Shown here: positions 16,742 through 25,096 of the stretch, one piece after another | How positions within the stretch are numbered: position 1 is the stretch's first letter | Layout: each line of letters begins with the position of its first letter | From: Candidatus Saccharimonadota bacterium | GTDB taxonomy: Bacteria; Patescibacteriota; Saccharimonadia; Saccharimonadales; UBA4665 | NCBI GenBank assembly: GCA_003516025.1 | Contig: CP023991.1 | Coordinates: forward strand, 240,001-272,000 | Length of the DNA stretch: 32,000 nucleotides | Reading direction: 5' to 3' | Notes under the pieces: generated by a model | What the model saw: the letters and a program-made list of their open reading frames with translations, nothing else | Database searches by the model: none | Told to the model about the DNA's origin: nothing | Program-made: the position numbers and the translations under genes

Positions 16742-17113
16742 TTATTTAGCCGCAAGTTGGTTTTTTACCAGTTCGGCAACCTGGCGCGGTGTCATATCCG
16801 CCTTAAGGATAACAGCGCTGACGCCTTGTGACTTTACGGAATCAGGGATTTCCTGCTCGCCCTTGTTGGTGAGGATAATGACCTTTATATTTTTGCCCCA
16901 CGGCGTACCACGCATGGCTATCAGCATCTCGTCACCGGTCATTTCGGGCATCATAAGGTCTAACAGGATAATATCGGGTTTAAACTTTTGGACCAGTTCC
17001 AGGCCCAGCCGGCCGTTTTCGGCGGTTTCAACATCATAGTTTTCGGCTTCAAACTTGAAGCGGTACATCTGAGATATGGCTTGATCGTCTTCAATGATGG
17101 CTATTTTGGGCAT
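16742..17113 (-). CDS. Stand-alone response-regulator receiver protein
   Basis: IAIIEDD...DIILLDLMMPEMTG...VIILTN...K with no output domain. Confidence 0.85.
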   Translation of the reverse strand: MPKIAIIEDDQAISQMYRFKFEAENYDVETAENGRLGLELVQKFKPDIILLDLMMPEMTGDEMLIAMRGTPWGKNIKVIILTNKGEQEIPDSVKSQGVSAVILKADMTPRQVAELVKNQLAAK

Positions 17114-17150
17114 AGCTGCATTGTACCCGAGAATATTCGCTTAACGCAAC

Positions 17151-17528
17151 TCAGCAGAGAACTTCTTTAACGGTTTCGACCACTTGTGCCGGTGTATGGT
17201 GTACTTTGACGATGTAGCGGTCGACGTGTAGAAAACGCAGTGACTGCGGGGCTTCGCTTTTGCTGATGTTGGTCAGGACGATGACCCGGATGTCGCTGCC
17301 CCAGGCTGATTCGCGCAGCCGTAACAGCATCTCTTCACCCGTCATAATTGGCATCATTAAGTCCAGCAGGATAAGGTCAGGCTTCAGTTCTTTAGCTTTA
17401 TGGAGGCCGGCCAGGCCGTCTTCGGCCACGTCTGTCGTAAAGCCCTCTCTCTGGAGCTTCATATGGTAGAGGTTGCGAATGGCTTCGTCGTCCTCTACTA
17501 TCAGGATTTTTGCTTGGCGTGGCTGCAT
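17151..17528 (-). CDS. Stand-alone response-regulator receiver protein
   Basis: ILIVEDDE...DLILLDLMMPIMTG...VIVLTN...K with no output domain. It lies in tandem with 16742-17113. Confidence 0.85.
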   Translation of the reverse strand: MQPRQAKILIVEDDEAIRNLYHMKLQREGFTTDVAEDGLAGLHKAKELKPDLILLDLMMPIMTGEEMLLRLRESAWGSDIRVIVLTNISKSEAPQSLRFLHVDRYIVKVHHTPAQVVETVKEVLC

Positions 17529-17536
17529 AGCTGTGC

Positions 17537-17636
17537 TTGATTTTTATCACACTGCGTGATATATTCCAAGCAGTTACTGCTCATTAGAAGAATATCTTAA
17601 CGCGTAGGCCTTGTAAAAAGGCTTACGCGTTTTTTA
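17537..17636 (+). ncRNA. Candidate ~65-nt sRNA (promoter TTGATT-N17-TATATT plus a strong terminator)
   Basis: -35 at 17537-17542, -10 at 17560-17565 with an upstream TGa. A 13-bp hairpin AACGCGTAGGCCT/AGGCTTACGCGTT (17599-17631) is followed by T6. No upstream plus-strand gene would need this terminator. Confidence 0.3.
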
Positions 17637-17771
17637 TTTATCTAAACGCCAGTAAATATAAACATACTTGCAAAATAAGCAAAAGCATGATAGAATACTA
17701 AAACTTAATAAATAGTTATGTTTATCAAGTATCCACTTCCTTAGTACGAAATAGTCAAGAAAGCGAATAAT

Positions 17772-18197
17772 ATGAGTAATCACCCTAACGAAACCATCAA
17801 AGTAGTTGGCAAACAGCATAAGACAGTCGGCTCGGATCTCTTTAATATGAAGTTATCCCGGCACTGCCTGGCTACGCTTATTGTTGATGACGATGCTAAA
17901 CTGTATGACTCTGAAGGCTTTAAAAAAGCCGTTAGCCAAATCCTGGCCAAAGAGAATGTGGTTTATCTCGGTGACGTAACCCATAATTTTGATAACAATA
18001 GCTATACTATCGCTATCGCTCTGGCGGAATCACATATATCCGTGCATACCTGGCCGGAACGATTCGCGGTACAGCTTGATGTATTTCTGTGTAACTACAT
18101 CAATGACAATACTGAAAAGTGCGAGCGGATATTTGATGGCATAGTTGATTACTTTGGGGCGACCGAAGTAGACCGGGTATACATCAACCGGCTGTAA
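17772..18197 (+). CDS. speH: S-adenosylmethionine decarboxylase proenzyme (small, class 1)
   Basis: 141-aa ORF containing the LAESHISVHTWPE self-processing/active-site motif. Confidence 0.8.
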   Translation: MSNHPNETIKVVGKQHKTVGSDLFNMKLSRHCLATLIVDDDAKLYDSEGFKKAVSQILAKENVVYLGDVTHNFDNNSYTIAIALAESHISVHTWPERFAVQLDVFLCNYINDNTEKCERIFDGIVDYFGATEVDRVYINRL

Positions 18198-18227
18198 CAA
18201 GCTGCTCATTAAAGTAATATTCGTATT

Positions 18228-18923
18228 ATGGGTAAACATACCGCAGAGCCATCTGCTCTGAATAATTTGGCAACTATCTATCATACTGCCATGGACGAGC
18301 GGGCTGACACACCGTGGTCCGCGCGGGCCGGCGCGGTAGCGTCTGTCGGCGCCTTAGCCTTTGAATGGGGAACCGGCAATGAAGCATTATTGGGGACGAT
18401 CGGCGGGCGCTTACACGACTTAACCGATAATCCGATTATCACCGGCATAGCTACTGGAAGCGTTTCGTTTGCCGAACAGGGGACTATAGGCGTCCTGATG
18501 GCCACGACTATCAGTAATTTTCCCAAGGTCGCTGAAGCGGTACGCTCTGCCATACCCGAGCGGAAAAACGCTGAGCAATCTAAAGCCAGCCGGTTCTTGA
18601 GTGTCATGGTACTAGGGGCGGGCGTGGAACTGGCCGTTGAAAATGCCAAGCGCCCGCACAGCCGCCGCGAAAATATGCGACGGGCAATAGGAAGCGCGGC
18701 TATCGTTGGCGTGGCCACTAGCGCTATTATCGGTACCGTGTCAGGGGTTACTAAAATGGGTGCCGAACATGGTTTTGAGCAGCAGGCGAATGTCGCCGTT
18801 GATGCTGTCTCCAATCCTCTTACCTATGCAGCGGCTTTTGGGGCCGCATATGGTTATAAAAAATTGAAACAGGCCGCACAAACATCTTCCCGAAGGAAAT
18901 ATAAGCCGAAACATCTTGCATAA
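18228..18923 (+). CDS. Hypothetical membrane protein
   Basis: 231-aa ORF, Ala/Gly-rich with several hydrophobic segments and a basic C-tail. No motif recognised. Confidence 0.45.
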   Translation: MGKHTAEPSALNNLATIYHTAMDERADTPWSARAGAVASVGALAFEWGTGNEALLGTIGGRLHDLTDNPIITGIATGSVSFAEQGTIGVLMATTISNFPKVAEAVRSAIPERKNAEQSKASRFLSVMVLGAGVELAVENAKRPHSRRENMRRAIGSAAIVGVATSAIIGTVSGVTKMGAEHGFEQQANVAVDAVSNPLTYAAAFGAAYGYKKLKQAAQTSSRRKYKPKHLA

Positions 18924-18953
18924 ACATAAAGCTTATGCTATAATAGTAGTTAT

Positions 18954-19679
18954 ATGACAGAACATATTACGCACGATACCGATCCATTCGCCGATTTACC
19001 CCGGGAATTACTGCACAGTCCCGATGGTGTTTCGGTTGTTGTCGGCCGAGAAGTAACGCAGTCGGATAAGGATATTCTGTGGCCTACCATACAAGCCGGT
19101 TTTATTGATCTCAACCGTAAGTCGTACGAGAAGCAGGACATGACGCTAGAAGAGTTTGAGGCTGACATGGAATCACCTCATGTTCTAAAATACATAGCTC
19201 GCGACGAAGCCGATGCGCCGATAGGCATACTGACCGTGCATGTCGGCCTGGAGGATATTTCCTGGACCAATACCGCACCTTTGCAGGAAGTGCAGGATCA
19301 AGTCGATCCTACTGCTACGCCATATTACATCGGGACTGTGGTAGTCCCTCCCGACTTGCGTGGGACATCTACGGCCACGCGCCTGTTGCAGGGAGCGTAT
19401 TTACACTTTCAATCCGTAAATGAAGCTCAGGATAAACATTCGTTGGCGTTTTTTGATTGTGCTGAGGCGAATTACCCATGGCTGGGCCAGTTCGCCGAAG
19501 CAGTAGCCCATAAAAATGACGAATTCGCTGGCGTGCCGGCTACAGTTAATGAACTGTATGTTGACGCGTGGGTGCAGGGAGCTGATAGCGCGGTTAAAGT
19601 CCGAGAGAGCCAGGAAACGGCTTCTGATACTATTCTTGACCGCCAGCATTACTACGCCGTAGCCATTGATAAATCCTAA
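18954..19679 (+). CDS. Hypothetical protein, possibly GNAT-like acetyltransferase
   Basis: 241-aa ORF. YYIGTVVVPPDLRGTSTATRLLQGAY loosely resembles GNAT motif A. Confidence 0.3.
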   Translation: MTEHITHDTDPFADLPRELLHSPDGVSVVVGREVTQSDKDILWPTIQAGFIDLNRKSYEKQDMTLEEFEADMESPHVLKYIARDEADAPIGILTVHVGLEDISWTNTAPLQEVQDQVDPTATPYYIGTVVVPPDLRGTSTATRLLQGAYLHFQSVNEAQDKHSLAFFDCAEANYPWLGQFAEAVAHKNDEFAGVPATVNELYVDAWVQGADSAVKVRESQETASDTILDRQHYYAVAIDKS

Positions 19680-19710
19680 TAGATAAGCATAGCCGTGTTA
19701 CCATTAAGAC

Positions 19711-21900
19711 ATGCTTCAGGTCGCGCTTGTTGTAACGGCAATATGTACGCTATTTTTTGGCGTTACCGTTTTCCTCAATAACCCCAGATCACTCATTTAT
19801 AAGCTGTATCTTATATTCAGCATATCAAGTGCTTTGTGGATGGTTGTTAACGCGGTGGTAATGAGCCGGCCGGCTCAGATAAGCCCGCATGGTTTATTGG
19901 TTTTCTCGCAGTTCATTACGCCACTGGCCCTGCTTACGTCGTATATGTTTTACGTGTTCCTTCGACTGCATAACAATGATAAAGGGTTGCGTTCAATCTC
20001 GGTGCTCACGGCGATACCGACACTGTTCGTTAGCGCTTTTTCGTTTTCCCATTTCAATGTGTACCTCGACAAATACACGCAACCGACTCTCGGCATTCTG
20101 TACCCACTGTATCTGGGCGCGCTATTGTTTAACGTCGTCATGGTGTTCATCACGCTCTATAGGCCTGAATTCGTGCCTTCGCCCGGCGACAGGGCACGGC
20201 ACCAGCAGGCACGGTATTTAAAGCTGGGCGCGTTTACGTCCATCGTTCCGGCTGTTGGCATAGGGGCCATCGTGCCGTTGTTCACGGATAATGAAATCAG
20301 CAATCTCGGGCCGCTGTTTTCGGTGTTTTTCATCCTTTTTTCCGGAATTGCCATGGTACGCCATAAGCTATTTGATATACGTTTTTTCGCCGTCCGCGCG
20401 GCTGCCTATGTCACCACGATGACGATGTTGGCGATTGTCTACATCAGCCCGATTATTTTTCTGCTCGACACCTTTCTTTTAAGGGTGCCGTTTACATGGG
20501 GACGTTTTTTGCCCGAAGTCTTGCTAACCACAGTAGCCGCGTTAAGCTATGACTGGATTAAAGCCCATTTTAATGCCTTCACCCGGCGCATATTTTATAG
20601 GGACGCCTACGACCCGGCCGTGTTACTGGGGCAGTTTAACCGCCAGCTGGTATCGACTACCGACCTGGCGAAGATGTTGGAAGATAGTGCTCATTTGATC
20701 GCCAGTAACCTCAAGGCGGAGTACTGCGTTTTTATTATTAAGTCAGGCGACGTCTCGCAGATCCGTCAGTTTGGTACGACGGAAAAGATGTTCAAATTGG
20801 CTGCAATGCGAAAAGTGTGGTCGGCCTGGATGCATACCGAAAGTAATGTCATTGGTGTGGATGTCGATAACCCTACGTCAGTAAGTGTGCATGACATTTT
20901 AAACGAGCACAATGTTCCGTTACTGGTCCGGCTGTCAAGTGATAATAGCCCGGAGTCGAGTTTTGGCTGTATTCTGCTCGGTTACAAAATCAACGGCGAT
21001 CCGTACAGCGGCCAGGATATAGAAACGCTGGAGACGATTGCCGACGCGTCGGTCATCGCAATTCAGAACGCGCTTCGTTTTGAGGAAATCCAGAAGTTTA
21101 ATGTAACCCTGCAGCAGCGGATTGATGACGCTACCCGCAAACTGCGCCATACCAACGCCAAGCTGAAAATCCTTGATGAAACCAAGGACGACTTCATCTC
21201 CATGGCCTCCCATCAGCTGCGTACGCCCCTTACCAGCGTTAAGGGATATTTGAGCATGGTGCTCGACGGTGATGCTGGAAAACTGACCTCCATGCAGCGT
21301 AAAATGCTTGACCAGGCTTTCGTGAGCAGCCAGCGCATGGTGTTCCTGATAGCCGACCTGTTAAATGTTTCCCGGCTGAAAACCGGTAAATTTGTCATTG
21401 AATCCGGAGTAGTCAACCTGTCGCAAACGGTCAATGACGAGGTCAAACAGTTGAAGGAAACGGCCAAAAACCGCTCACTGGAACTGCAGTACGAAAAACC
21501 TGAACAATTCCCAGATTTATATCTGGACGACACAAAAATCCGGCAAGTTATCATGAACTTCATTGATAATGCAATTTACTACACCAAGCCAGGTGGTTTT
21601 ATACGTATTGAACTGATTGATAAGCCTGCTGCTGTTGAGTTTAAGGTCCATGATAACGGTATCGGCGTACCGACCAGTGAACAACCGCATCTTTTTACGA
21701 AGTTTTACCGTGCTGGCAACGCCCGTCGTACGAGGCCGGACGGCACCGGTCTAGGCTTATTCATGGCAAAAAAGGTAGTCGTAGCCCAGGGTGGAGCGGT
21801 CATTTTTGACAGTAAAGAAGGCAAGGGTAGTACTTTCGGCTTCATGCTTCCGAAAGACAAAGTTTCAATACCTGGAAAAGCTAAGTTATTAAGCTCATGA
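19711..21900 (+). CDS. Multi-TM sensor histidine kinase
   Basis: About 8 N-terminal TM helices, a central cytoplasmic domain, the HisKA box FISMASHQLRTPLTS and HATPase_c boxes (NFIDNAIYYT, HDNGIGV, GTGLGLFMAK). Confidence 0.85.
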   Translation: MLQVALVVTAICTLFFGVTVFLNNPRSLIYKLYLIFSISSALWMVVNAVVMSRPAQISPHGLLVFSQFITPLALLTSYMFYVFLRLHNNDKGLRSISVLTAIPTLFVSAFSFSHFNVYLDKYTQPTLGILYPLYLGALLFNVVMVFITLYRPEFVPSPGDRARHQQARYLKLGAFTSIVPAVGIGAIVPLFTDNEISNLGPLFSVFFILFSGIAMVRHKLFDIRFFAVRAAAYVTTMTMLAIVYISPIIFLLDTFLLRVPFTWGRFLPEVLLTTVAALSYDWIKAHFNAFTRRIFYRDAYDPAVLLGQFNRQLVSTTDLAKMLEDSAHLIASNLKAEYCVFIIKSGDVSQIRQFGTTEKMFKLAAMRKVWSAWMHTESNVIGVDVDNPTSVSVHDILNEHNVPLLVRLSSDNSPESSFGCILLGYKINGDPYSGQDIETLETIADASVIAIQNALRFEEIQKFNVTLQQRIDDATRKLRHTNAKLKILDETKDDFISMASHQLRTPLTSVKGYLSMVLDGDAGKLTSMQRKMLDQAFVSSQRMVFLIADLLNVSRLKTGKFVIESGVVNLSQTVNDEVKQLKETAKNRSLELQYEKPEQFPDLYLDDTKIRQVIMNFIDNAIYYTKPGGFIRIELIDKPAAVEFKVHDNGIGVPTSEQPHLFTKFYRAGNARRTRPDGTGLGLFMAKKVVVAQGGAVIFDSKEGKGSTFGFMLPKDKVSIPGKAKLLSS

Positions 21901-21903
21901 TTA

Positions 21904-21932
21904 TTGACATTTTAGCTATTTTGTGGTAGTAT
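21904..21932 (+). promoter_or_regulatory. Sigma70-type promoter of cassette 2 (TTGACA-N17-TAGTAT with an upstream TGg)
   Basis: TTGACA at 21904-21909, an exact 17-nt spacer and TAGTAT at 21927-21932. It starts 4 nt after the kinase stop codon. Confidence 0.6.
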
Positions 21933-22042
21933 GTGTACATCCTGATGAGTGGGTAGACAGAGGACGTCAATTATGATGAAAAACTGTTGCTGTCTAAGTG
22001 CTTCGGTACGTTAGGTGGGCCATTTCGACAGGGGTAATTTAA

Positions 22043-22059
22043 CAAGTCGAATCATTACA
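22043..22059. repeat. Cassette 2 proximal arm CAAGTCGAATCATTACA
   Basis: 17/17 complementary to 25097-25113, 3.0 kb downstream. Similarity continues imperfectly for about 10 more nt. Confidence 0.85.
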
Positions 22060-22133
22060 GTGCATTGATACGTACATGTATCAAATAACTGCAAGGGACG
22101 ACAGACGAAACCAGGGCAGGCTTTTATATGCAA

Positions 22134-22160
22134 CACACCGCGGAAGTGGTGTGGTTTTTT
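22134..22160 (+). terminator. Intrinsic terminator (CACACCGC-GGAA-GTGGTGTG + GTTTTTT)
   Basis: 8-bp stem including one G:U pair, a GGAA tetraloop and T6. Confidence 0.65.
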
Positions 22161-22261
22161 GCGTGTAAGAGCCTGCACTGGTTGAGTGTAAGTTTGAGTT
22201 TCGGCTCCTTACTTCCCGTGCAGATAATCTACGCACTACAACCATACTTTGCTTTTACTGT

Positions 22262-22327
22262 CCCATTGTAGGGAGTGGCTTGCTTGAGAAAACATTGTTG
22301 TCTCCAGCCAGTCACTCCCTACAGGGG
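22262..22327 (+). promoter_or_regulatory. Cassette 2 conserved TAGGGAG hairpin upstream of the cargo genes
   Basis: TGTAGGGAGTG (22267-22277) pairs with CACTCCCTACA (22313-22323), flanked by CCC/GGG. Homologous to 7048-7115. Confidence 0.5.
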
Positions 22328-22397
22328 ATTCAGTGATCTATGCTTTGGCAATCCCGCCACTGTATAGCCCAACGTCCCCTTTTTGGAGGGAACACCC

Positions 22398-22970
22398 GTG
22401 CCAACCCCCGAAGCATCTCTGGCTAAGGCTGAGCGACTCGAACGAGAGGCCGCGCAAGCCCGCCAGCGTGCCGCCGACTTGGCTGCTGCCCAAGAGCTCC
22501 GTCACAAGAAGGAGCAGGCGGAAGAGCAGTTCAGGGACGACGAGCACCGTTTCAACGACAAGGTCAACCGTCTCGTCAAGATCAGCTTCCCCCGCGAGGG
22601 CAAGAGGCCTGACCTGGCGAACTACGACAAGGACCGCGTCGGCCAGATCGAGCAAGTCATCGACGAGATCCTGGCACTATGGGAACCCCCGCAGCCTGCC
22701 CCGGCAGCGCAGCCCGATCCCGTGCCAACCCCCGCGCCTGACCCCGCAGCGGTCCTGCAGCCCGATCCCGATCCGGCCGCAGTTCCGCAGCCCGACCCCC
22801 AGGTCGTTCCCGACCCGGACCCCAACGGTCAGCCGACCGCCGCCATCCCGCAGGCCCAGCCCGCTGCTCCGCAGTCCGGTTCTGGTGCCGTACGAAGGCC
22901 CCCGGCCGCTGGCCACGGATTCCGCCGTCTACTCGACAAGGCAGGAAGCGCCTTCACCGGCCAATCCTGA
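22398..22970 (+). CDS. High-GC hypothetical protein: charged coiled-coil N-terminus plus Pro/Asp/Ala/Gln-rich repeats
   Basis: Frame of track ORF 22383-22970. I prefer the GTG at 22398, which has GGAGGG 7 nt upstream. Codons are GC3-rich. No domain recognised. Confidence 0.55.
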   Translation: MPTPEASLAKAERLEREAAQARQRAADLAAAQELRHKKEQAEEQFRDDEHRFNDKVNRLVKISFPREGKRPDLANYDKDRVGQIEQVIDEILALWEPPQPAPAAQPDPVPTPAPDPAAVLQPDPDPAAVPQPDPQVVPDPDPNGQPTAAIPQAQPAAPQSGSGAVRRPPAAGHGFRRLLDKAGSAFTGQS

Positions 22971-23006
22971 TCCTTTCCTCCCCATACTGGAAAGAAGGTC
23001 CTCGCG

Positions 23007-24851
23007 ATGTCTTACTGGCTCGCTTTCGTCATCATCGTGGCCATCACGGCTGCGGTGTGGATGTACGCCAACGCTCGTTCCTACCGACGGACCCACCGGT
23101 TCGTCATGACGCGTAACCGCCTCGGACTCGCCTTGTGCGGCTTCCTGGTGGTCTACCTGCTGACCCAGCTCCTCTGGAGTCCGCTGAGCGGCTTCCGAGT
23201 CGTCAACAACCGCGGCAACCACTGGTTCACCAACCCGTGGAGCCCGTTCTGGCCTTCGGAGTCCTTCATGGGACGTGTGGTCTTCGTGGTGATCGTCGTG
23301 ATCCTGGTCTTCGCGACCGCGGTCATCGCCTTCGCCCTCCGAAGCAACGCCCGTTCCCGCGGCATCGCGCTCTGCGTGATCGTCCTGGTCGTGCTGGTCC
23401 TGGCCCTGATCTTCTCCCCCGCCTTCAAGCGGTGGATGTGGATCGCTCTGGCCATCGGCCTGCTCGCCTGGCTGCTGCCGGTTGGCATCCACTCCAAGTG
23501 GACCGCCAAGTTGCAGGCCGTCGTGGTGCTGCTGGTGGGGCTGTTCCTCCTCGTTCCTGCCATCTGGGCCATCGACTACATGGACGTCACTGCGGTGAGT
23601 CACATGTCAGCGGCCGCTGATGACAACGGGGATGCGGAGAAGCCGTCGTTCACGTGCGCCGACAAGGGTGACCTGTCCCTCGACTGTGAGGTGTCAGACA
23701 CCGGACTCGGCAACGACGTCACCACCCACTGGGAGGTGACCGACAAGGAGGGCAACGAGGTCATCGCGCAGGCCGACCTGGACAAGCTGGAGCACACGCT
23801 CAAGCCCAACCTGAAGGTCGGCACGGCCGGTGACTTCACGGTGACCTTCTGGGCGACCAAGGGTGACGAGCAGACCGACAAGGTCTCGCACGACTACCCC
23901 GTCGCTCAGCCGGCAGCTGCCTGTGCCAACGGCTTCATCGTGAAGCAGCCTGGCCGTGAGGACTACAACCTCAACGACCAGGGTGCGGCGATCCGTGGTG
24001 CAGGCAGTGAGGAGGCGTTCCGTCAGCAGATCATCACCCAAGCGGCCGAAGACCCGCTGACGCTGTACGTCTACTACATCAACTCGCCGGCACAGAAGAC
24101 CGACCCGCTGCCCCTCAAGACGGAGCAGGACACCAACCCGGCCACCATCCTCGTCGAGGGCGGTGACATCAAGGACGGTGCCTGCTACTCCCAGAGGGCC
24201 GTCGACGCCTACAACATGTGGCTCCCGCTGTGGAAGGTCGCCGACCTCACCCACCAGGAGAGTGTCACCCACCAGGGTGCCAACTACGGCATCGAGAATG
24301 GTCAGCTCGTCCAGGATGATGGTGTCAACGTCCCCAACGAAGAGGGTGTCGACATCGCCTACCGTGACGCCAACGGCAACATCGTCGGTGAGCACTCGGC
24401 GCTCTACGTCTGCACCCAGCCGACCACCGGCGAAGCCACTCCCGGCGTCCCGCAGGGTCACACCAACAACCAGGAGGTTGAACAGCACGACGTTCCTACC
24501 GGAGACACCCCTGAGGAGGACACGCCCGACCAGGACACCCCCGACCAGGACACCCCCGAGGAGGACACGCCCGACACCGGCAAGCACGCCAGCCAGGCCC
24601 CGGTCAGTTCCGCCCCCGTCGCAACCGACCCTCGGGTCAACCCCAACGCGGGCGGCAACGGAACGCGGCCTTCGTCGTCTTCTTCGGCTCGTCCGACGCA
24701 GGCGCCGCAGCCCCAGCCCACCATGAGCGAGACACCTTCCGAGGTGCAGCAGCCCGTGCCGGCTGGTCCCGTAGCAACTTCCACGGCTGTCGCCACGGGA
24801 GATCCTGCTGCGGGTGGCGGTGACAGTGATGGGGACGGTATCCCGGACTGA
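23007..24851 (+). CDS. High-GC hypothetical membrane protein (about 6 N-terminal TM helices plus a large extracytoplasmic domain and acidic/Pro-rich tail)
   Basis: 614-aa ORF with GC3-rich codons and GGAAAGAAGG upstream. The TM block spans residues ~1-190, followed by a Cys-containing soluble region, DTPxx repeats and a Pro/Ser/Ala-rich C-terminus. No domain recognised. Confidence 0.7.
   Translation: MSYWLAFVIIVAITAAVWMYANARSYRRTHRFVMTRNRLGLALCGFLVVYLLTQLLWSPLSGFRVVNNRGNHWFTNPWSPFWPSESFMGRVVFVVIVVILVFATAVIAFALRSNARSRGIALCVIVLVVLVLALIFSPAFKRWMWIALAIGLLAWLLPVGIHSKWTAKLQAVVVLLVGLFLLVPAIWAIDYMDVTAVSHMSAAADDNGDAEKPSFTCADKGDLSLDCEVSDTGLGNDVTTHWEVTDKEGNEVIAQADLDKLEHTLKPNLKVGTAGDFTVTFWATKGDEQTDKVSHDYPVAQPAAACANGFIVKQPGREDYNLNDQGAAIRGAGSEEAFRQQIITQAAEDPLTLYVYYINSPAQKTDPLPLKTEQDTNPATILVEGGDIKDGACYSQRAVDAYNMWLPLWKVADLTHQESVTHQGANYGIENGQLVQDDGVNVPNEEGVDIAYRDANGNIVGEHSALYVCTQPTTGEATPGVPQGHTNNQEVEQHDVPTGDTPEEDTPDQDTPDQDTPEEDTPDTGKHASQAPVSSAPVATDPRVNPNAGGNGTRPSSSSSARPTQAPQPQPTMSETPSEVQQPVPAGPVATSTAVATGDPAAGGGDSDGDGIPD
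24504..24578 (+). repeat. Five tandem 15-nt repeats encoding DTP(E/D)(E/Q/T)
   Basis: GACACCCCTGAGGAG GACACGCCCGACCAG GACACCCCCGACCAG GACACCCCCGAGGAG GACACGCCCGACACC. Confidence 0.9.
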
Positions 24852-24867
24852 TCACTGTCTGTGACAC

Positions 24868-24943
24868 CCAGGGTTCCCCGGGACACGCACTTCGCTCACG
24901 CGAGGCGCATGGTAGCTTCGGCTGCTTGTCCCGGGGACCCTGG
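24868..24943 (+). terminator. GC-rich 17-bp hairpin at the end of island 2 (terminator-like, no U tract)
   Basis: CCAGGGTTCCCCGGGACA (24868-24885) pairs with TGTCCCGGGGACCCTGG (24927-24943). G+C drops immediately afterwards. Confidence 0.45.
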
Positions 24944-25096
24944 TTCCACAAATGTAATTGCAAAAAAGTATGACGTGTAGATGCGTTTTGTAGGGTGGTT
25001 GTAAGACTAAAAGTTGAAGTGTTGTTGGCCTTCGCCGACTCCATTCCTTTTATGAAATAACAACCGCCCTGCAATTACCCCCCCATTAATGTGTAT

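Larger units (their letters stand above)
21940..22160 (+). ncRNA. Candidate ~220-nt leader/sRNA of cassette 2
   Basis: Lies between promoter 21904-21932 and terminator 22134-22160. It contains a UUCG-capped hairpin (21994-22014), a TTGATAC/GTATCAA hairpin and arm 22043-22059. The only coding potential is a 13-codon mini-ORF (21973-22014) with GAGGA 8 nt upstream. Confidence 0.4.

Noticed and set aside
21942-22113. Hammerhead ribozyme core: CUGAUGAG at 21942-21949 and CGAAAC at about 22107-22112
   Set aside because: The sequences flanking the two boxes give only 2 bp of stem II and lie about 160 nt apart. No convincing stems I or III or cleavage triplet were found.
22333-25074. Alternative-frame and antisense ORFs in island 2 (22333-23109 +, 22929-23603 -, 23694-24587 -, 24163-24726 +, 24637-25074 - and others)
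   Set aside because: Same high-GC artefact. The chosen frames (22398-22970 and 23007-24851) have GC3-rich codons, plausible Shine-Dalgarno sequences and protein-like sequence with TM helices and a coiled coil.
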